This document shows, in pieces, positions 60,401 to 64,000 of a stretch of 64,000 nucleotides of DNA. Each line of letters begins with the position of its first letter. Positions within the stretch are counted from its first letter, which is position 1. The notes beneath the pieces were generated by a model. The model was given only the letters and a program-made list of their open reading frames with translations, did not search any database and was not told the DNA's origin. Origin of the DNA: Thermodesulfobacteriota bacterium (GTDB lineage: Bacteria; Desulfobacterota; Desulfarculia; JACQYL01); assembly GCA_963675595.2 (NCBI GenBank), contig CAXXLZ010000002.1, positions 2,368,001 through 2,432,000 of the forward strand, written 5' to 3'. Position numbers and translations under genes: made by a program.

Positions 60401-61399
60401 CACGGCTCTCGACCTTATGGTTCCCAGGAAGAATAGTACGGCCGACAAGCAGCCGAGCACCGGGAAGAGCCACCACGGGGCGTGAGGGCCCCCCGGCAGG
60501 AATCCCGTGGCGACGACCGGAGCGAGGCCTCCCGCGATTCCGGAGCCCATCAGGCAGATCACCGCCCGAATGCGCCCGCCTTGGACTACCGAATCCTTCC
60601 AGTGCCGACGGAATCGCCAGAGGATCATACCCGTGAGCACCAGCCCGAAAGCCAAAGCCAGGAAGGGGCCTCGGCTTTGGGTGAACCAGAGAACCAGAAG
60701 CTGCAGCAGAGCCGCCGACCCGTAAAGCATTGCCCGCCAGAGGACCAGACCCTCGTGCGCTCCGCTTTCCTTCGGCACACTCAGGTTCCGAAGAAACTCG
60801 GCCAAGGTGGGAAAAAACACCATGATCAGATACGCGCCCAGAAAGATGGGATTCCCCAAAGTGGACGCAATGCGATCCCGAGTCGGCTCACTCCAAGAAA
60901 GGGGGTCGATGCCGAAATACTGAGAAAGGCCGTACAGGCAAACGGGGATGCTGGTCCAGACGGTTGCCTGGAGCAGGAGTCGAAACGCCTTTGCGCTTCG
61001 CAGAAACAGCCAAACCGACAGGAACAGGACAAGAGAGGCCAGTAATGTGGCGAGTCCTCCAAACCGGAAGACCTCTCCCCGGAGAGCCACGCCGGGGCTC
61101 AGGGAAAAGAGCGTGGAGAGCACATTGACGGCAATAAACGCCGCCAGGGCGCGAGCCAAGGGAGACCCGAAGAAGGACCGTAGGGTTCGCCGAGAAAGCG
61201 GGACCATGAGAATGAGTGCGATCACCGATACGAGAGCGATCATTCTCAGAAGAATGCCTTTGTGGTACTCGAACACGCTCAGCGATTGGAGATTCATATG
61301 TAAAGGAACGACGACCGACGCGCAGAGCCAACAACATTCGGGCAATGCGGAAACGTAACGTTTAAGTCGTGAGATCGTGAATCGAGAAGGCACGTTCAA
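57437..61399 (-). CDS. Large O-antigen ligase (Wzy_C/WaaL)-like membrane protein with C-terminal TPR-like region
   Basis: YGLSQYFG.DP, RIASTLGNPIFLGAYL, TQSRG, R..YW, GFG.E, DRAHN..LD; many TM helices; helical C-terminus. Confidence 0.8.
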   Translation of the reverse strand: MNVPSRFTISRLKRYVSALPECCWLCASVVVPLHMNLQSLSVFEYHKGILLRMIALVSVIALILMVPLSRRTLRSFFGSPLARALAAFIAVNVLSTLFSLSPGVALRGEVFRFGGLATLLASLVLFLSVWLFLRSAKAFRLLLQATVWTSIPVCLYGLSQYFGIDPLSWSEPTRDRIASTLGNPIFLGAYLIMVFFPTLAEFLRNLSVPKESGAHEGLVLWRAMLYGSAALLQLLVLWFTQSRGPFLALAFGLVLTGMILWRFRRHWKDSVVQGGRIRAVICLMGSGIAGGLAPVVATGFLPGGPHAPWWLFPVLGCLSAVLFFLGTIRSRAVSSALPAWMFTVALILLFALGFGLRSRTVDFREVPELFSDAAETAQQTALRAGTVRERIDYWEAYVNGIFSDPPMRAVPVDPETEPVEDSLHSIRFLIGFGREQGAAVFRAHYPSSMAPHHAPTESADRAHNLGLDLMLSTGIAGIAVFLLLFQRILTYGLASLGFRMDRTRRRRLVVSLWGGAGTGAGGAIVLFGLPFIGVGIHVGFLAGLAAFVLFAPVRRLKSSTVHGVWFPLVGLLVSLAVHWAETAVSLEVMASRTLFWVFAGALAAVAVRGVGLRQADESSSVASGSLVGEVQGREQSSAGGLAQSVSTNEDASRATVFGILLALACGTMTFSFVQAVPGLKLLPEAAQLVYAYPHEGSSLGYALKPFLAPGHFPMRAKTVLFYVGLLLLPVLWGGFAASLESGKGGTNSSAWIVRALRGVLSTAVLGFLAFCLLKGAHHVLLGSLTVSLTGSGAEESARGILRMSRLGSLSVVVYAAWVILCLLAAAWSLSRGNQRGFAGCAGTLSRVGFGLGVVFFGVCSWFWCIQPARADMLGAAGSAWRRGIFLPQDHPEPRVRRIVWRTACSLFEEQVRLAPGFAQSQTQLSLVYWDAVENLNGDSREDFEEGPEQLENASLEALRRARALEPYDPVRAFYFYGFFDRRISRAKTIEEGARATRSAMLWLQTTRKLFPVFPYLETEHVAFLFKSGAAPEEVIRAADHVLKLNSQEIKAYRIKAEALLNKFRASCGHAAANPLEGDVEGEVRLSYDWDLMGPDCRGLIEEASHALDRAVALRPRLLSDVYLQSVRLLLAQDREEKALQVLKAGLAVHPDSLPLIRALAGAARYHHDSQLGEAVFTELQASHPLEKRLVLGRADYRWALGDKEGAVEVLESVLSDDPEDAAFNVSAVKYLVGKGWYEEAMRYVESMLGTNPRSFEAFALAARAAGETGDLRLEMRLMLRALQLPHAYLQAQPLYRRLAEAAGLLGEEEASQAAELANAL

Positions 61400-61762
61400 A
61401 CTCTACTTATCTTTGCAGTGATTAAGCGGCATATGGATCGCTTCTTCTATGTGGAGGATTCTCATTCCAATATCATATCTTCTGGGTTCAGTAATCAACA
61501 TGTTGATTTTTCCACTCGATAAACACCAAGGCGAACCGGCGCATTCAAAGATTGGAGGACGGTTTGTTTCCGAACAACATTAAGACTTGACCCTGTTTGT
61601 TGGATAGCGGATAATTTTTAAGGGAATAGGCTGGGGATATTTTAGTCGCTCGCAGAGGAAAACAGGTCTCGCATTGATGATCGCCGTGCACACCCATACC
61701 GGCGGGGGCTTGGTTCGTCGGCTCAGCCTCCTCCATGCAAACGGCTTGACCAAGGAGCCCCC

Positions 61763-63055
61763 ATGCGAATTAGAGCAATGATCCTCCTGGCCGTGTTTGC
61801 GGCCCTTGTCGCGGTCGGCACGTCGGTCTTCGCCCAGCCGCCCTGGACCAAAACGATTTACGTGGACGGCGTGGGTTCCTCATGGCCTTCCAATTCGACG
61901 ATTTCCGGAACCGCTGGAACGGTTTTTTCCGTGGTGGACGAAATCAACCCTAATTCGATCCTGACGGAAACATGGGAACCGGGCTCACTGGACATGAGCT
62001 ACCGGACTTATGGGACGGCGCTTTCGACTACCGACGGCGACGGCACGGTGGTGATGACCAGTTCCTCCTACTCCGGCAAGATGGTGAAGACCTACACCCT
62101 CCTCCCCGGCTGCTGGACTCGAACCACGGTAGGAGAATATGTCTTTTCCTTGTATCTCAGGAGCAGACCCATCACGGTGACGCTCCAGCACGAAGGCCCC
62201 ATTTGGACCAAAACCGTCGACGGCGTTTCCTGGACTTCGGGATTGAGCCGGGAGAAGGAAACCGCCGATACCGTGCCGGTATCCGACGTGCTGAATCGAT
62301 GCGGCATCCTGACGGAAACCTGGAACCCGGACCGCCTGTCCATAGACTACGATCTGGTGAACGCCAACGTCGTTGATAACTCTTCCGGGCAATTCGTCAT
62401 CAGCACTACCGGGGTGCCCGCCTACGTAACCAAGACCTACACTCTGCTGCCCTGTGATTGGGAATCGGTGGCGGTCAATGAGCAGTTCCAGTATTTCAAC
62501 GGTTCCTCCTACACCACCGAGACTCGTCCTTTCACCCTGACCAAGGACCCTCCCGTGCTCGCCATTGCGGGTCAGGTTGAAACCCAGAAGGTGCTGCCCG
62601 GGTCGTTGGCCACCTTTTCCCTCACCTGCGGCAACACCGGAGGCTTCGACAACGCCGTCTCCGTGATCAGCTACTTCCCGGCCGAGGCTCCCTACGTTTC
62701 CGCGATCCCCTCGCCCACCATCGTCACGGGTACCGAGGCGGTGGAATGGCAATTTCCCAATGGCCTGAGCGCGGGCGATCCCTGCGGATTCCAGGTGACC
62801 GTTCAAATACTTCCGAACACCCAAATCGGGACGCCCATCGTCATTTCCAACGTAATCGTGGGGCATACCCGAGCCGTGGCCGACGTGTATCCCGATCCGG
62901 GTGACCCTCAGGACGACCCTTTTGTTTTCATCGCCGTCGGGGAGCCGGATCCTCCGGCGACGGTCTCCACCCTGACGGAATGGGGACTGTTGCTCTTCGC
63001 ACTCCTGCTTGCCGCCGGCTCAGTCCTGGTCCTGCGCAGACACCATAAGGTGTGA
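61763..63055 (+). CDS. Secreted surface protein with IPTL-CTERM-like sorting signal and internal repeats
   Basis: Signal peptide; two WTKT..ILTETW..KTYTLLP.(C) domains; DUF11-like third domain; C-terminus VSTLTEWGLLLFALLLA..RRH. Confidence 0.85.
   Translation: MRIRAMILLAVFAALVAVGTSVFAQPPWTKTIYVDGVGSSWPSNSTISGTAGTVFSVVDEINPNSILTETWEPGSLDMSYRTYGTALSTTDGDGTVVMTSSSYSGKMVKTYTLLPGCWTRTTVGEYVFSLYLRSRPITVTLQHEGPIWTKTVDGVSWTSGLSREKETADTVPVSDVLNRCGILTETWNPDRLSIDYDLVNANVVDNSSGQFVISTTGVPAYVTKTYTLLPCDWESVAVNEQFQYFNGSSYTTETRPFTLTKDPPVLAIAGQVETQKVLPGSLATFSLTCGNTGGFDNAVSVISYFPAEAPYVSAIPSPTIVTGTEAVEWQFPNGLSAGDPCGFQVTVQILPNTQIGTPIVISNVIVGHTRAVADVYPDPGDPQDDPFVFIAVGEPDPPATVSTLTEWGLLLFALLLAAGSVLVLRRHHKV
62168..62477 (+). 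repeat. Direct repeat copy 1 (paralogous domain shared with 63691-64000)
   Basis: Highly similar DNA, e.g. tcctggacttcgggattgagccgggagaa and tgcggcatcctgacggaaacctggaacccgga in both copies. Confidence 0.9.
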
Positions 63056-63204
63056 CGAAAACTTTTTCGAGCCTTCCAAGAAAGGCATTTTAAATTCCCT
63101 GTTCTTGGAACTATGCCCATGGGGGTTTCCTCCTCCACCGAAAGTCGTGGCGCGCGGCCGACGATCCTGTTGCGCCCGAACATAGAAACGACCAAGGAGC
63201 TCTT

Positions 63205-64000
63205 ATGAGAATGCTTGCCGTAATTCTCGCCGTTGCGATTCTGTTTCCGGCCGCCTTTCCTGTTTTCGTACAAGCCTGGGACAAGACCATTTATGAGGAA
63301 GGACTTGAAGGGTCCTCCTCCAGCACCTGGTCACCGGGCATCACCGTGTCGCGGCCCGCGGGCGCCATTTTCACCGTGGTCGACGTAATCCCTCCGGAAA
63401 CCATCCTCACGGAAACCTGGTCACCGGGTCTCTTATCTTTGGAATACTCAACCGACGGATACGACATGCAAGCTTCGGACGTCGACGGCCTCATGGTCAT
63501 GACCAACTTTGAAGAGGAGGGCCCCGCTATGGCCGTCAAGACCTATACCCTCCTTGCCGGCTGTTGGACCCAAACAACCGTTGGAGAGTATCTGAATTCC
63601 GCCTATTTCGGTGGCCAGACTCACTCCTTGCCCTCCAAATCCCTCGGCAATTTCCAGTTGAGAAGGCTCAACGGCATTGGTATCCACAGGCCCATCACGG
63701 TGACGCAGCAGCCCGACGGGCCCGTTTGGACCAAGACCGTCGACGGTGTTTCCTGGACTTCGGGATTGAGCCGGGAGAAAGAAACCGCCGATACCGTACC
63801 CGTGTCGGATATCCTGAATCAATGCGGCATCCTGACGGAAACCTGGAACCCGGAACGGCTGTCCATGGATTACGCCCTGGTGAACGCCAATGTCATCGAA
63901 AACTCCTCGGGGCGATTCGTCATCAGCAGCACCGGAGCGCCCGCTTACGTGACCAAGACCTACACCATGCTGCCCTGTGATTGGGAATCCGTCACGGTCA
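63205..64000 (+). CDS. Tandem paralog of the 61763 surface protein (3' end beyond window)
   Basis: Hand translation MRMLAVILAVAILFPAAFPVFVQAWDKTIY..ILTETWSPG..KTYTLLAGCW..WTKTVDGVSWTSGLSREKETADTVP; same GACCAAGGAGC RBS context; absent from ORF track. Confidence 0.9.
   Translation, partial: MRMLAVILAVAILFPAAFPVFVQAWDKTIYEEGLEGSSSSTWSPGITVSRPAGAIFTVVDVIPPETILTETWSPGLLSLEYSTDGYDMQASDVDGLMVMTNFEEEGPAMAVKTYTLLAGCWTQTTVGEYLNSAYFGGQTHSLPSKSLGNFQLRRLNGIGIHRPITVTQQPDGPVWTKTVDGVSWTSGLSREKETADTVPVSDILNQCGILTETWNPERLSMDYALVNANVIENSSGRFVISSTGAPAYVTKTYTMLPCDWESVTV
63691..64000 (+). repeat. Direct repeat copy 2
   Basis: Matches 62168-62477 with many synonymous-type substitutions. Confidence 0.9.

Noticed and set aside
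61400-61760. Possible c-di-GMP riboswitch upstream of the surface-protein genes
   Set aside because: The GEMM-I/II consensus elements could not be matched

Overview
A 64-kb chromosomal window, GC-rich by eye. Gene content (sigma54 activators, multiheme cytochromes, Psr/Phs, pan RNA motif) suggests an anaerobic Desulfobacterota/deltaproteobacterium; this is an inference. From left to right it contains six blocks. (1) The start of an F-type ATP synthase operon (atpZ-atpI-atpB-atpE1-atpE2-atpF). AtpE2 carries Na+-site ligands. AtpE1 is a four-hairpin fused c subunit with only one ion-binding glutamate site. (2) A 14-kb mirror-symmetric sulfur-respiration island. Two paralogous Cys-rich PAS sigma54 activators flank two convergent operons: cytochrome c-PsrA/PhsA-B-C-rhodanese-putative selenocysteine rhodanese/thioredoxin fusion, and FeS-NrfD-13-heme Otr-like cytochrome-TorD. 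(3) recD2 and a nucleotidyltransferase. (4) A candidate RiPP cluster: atypical sigma54 activator, orphan peptide-binding protein, a 28-aa precursor missed by the ORF track (MHVTIRLATYDFRSAQQLCCYIGPQILT), terminator, radical SAM/SPASM maturase and MFS exporter. (5) Housekeeping genes: pyk, ade, folD, pan RNA motif-panB-panE, rplU-rpmA-obgE-proB-proA-nadD-rsfS and a BepA-like protease. nadD has no canonical start codon. (6) A very large O-antigen-ligase/TPR protein divergent from tandem IPTL-CTERM-type surface proteins. One MITE-like element was seen. No tRNA, rRNA, CRISPR array or transposase was recognised. All calls come from reading motifs by eye; no database searches were run.
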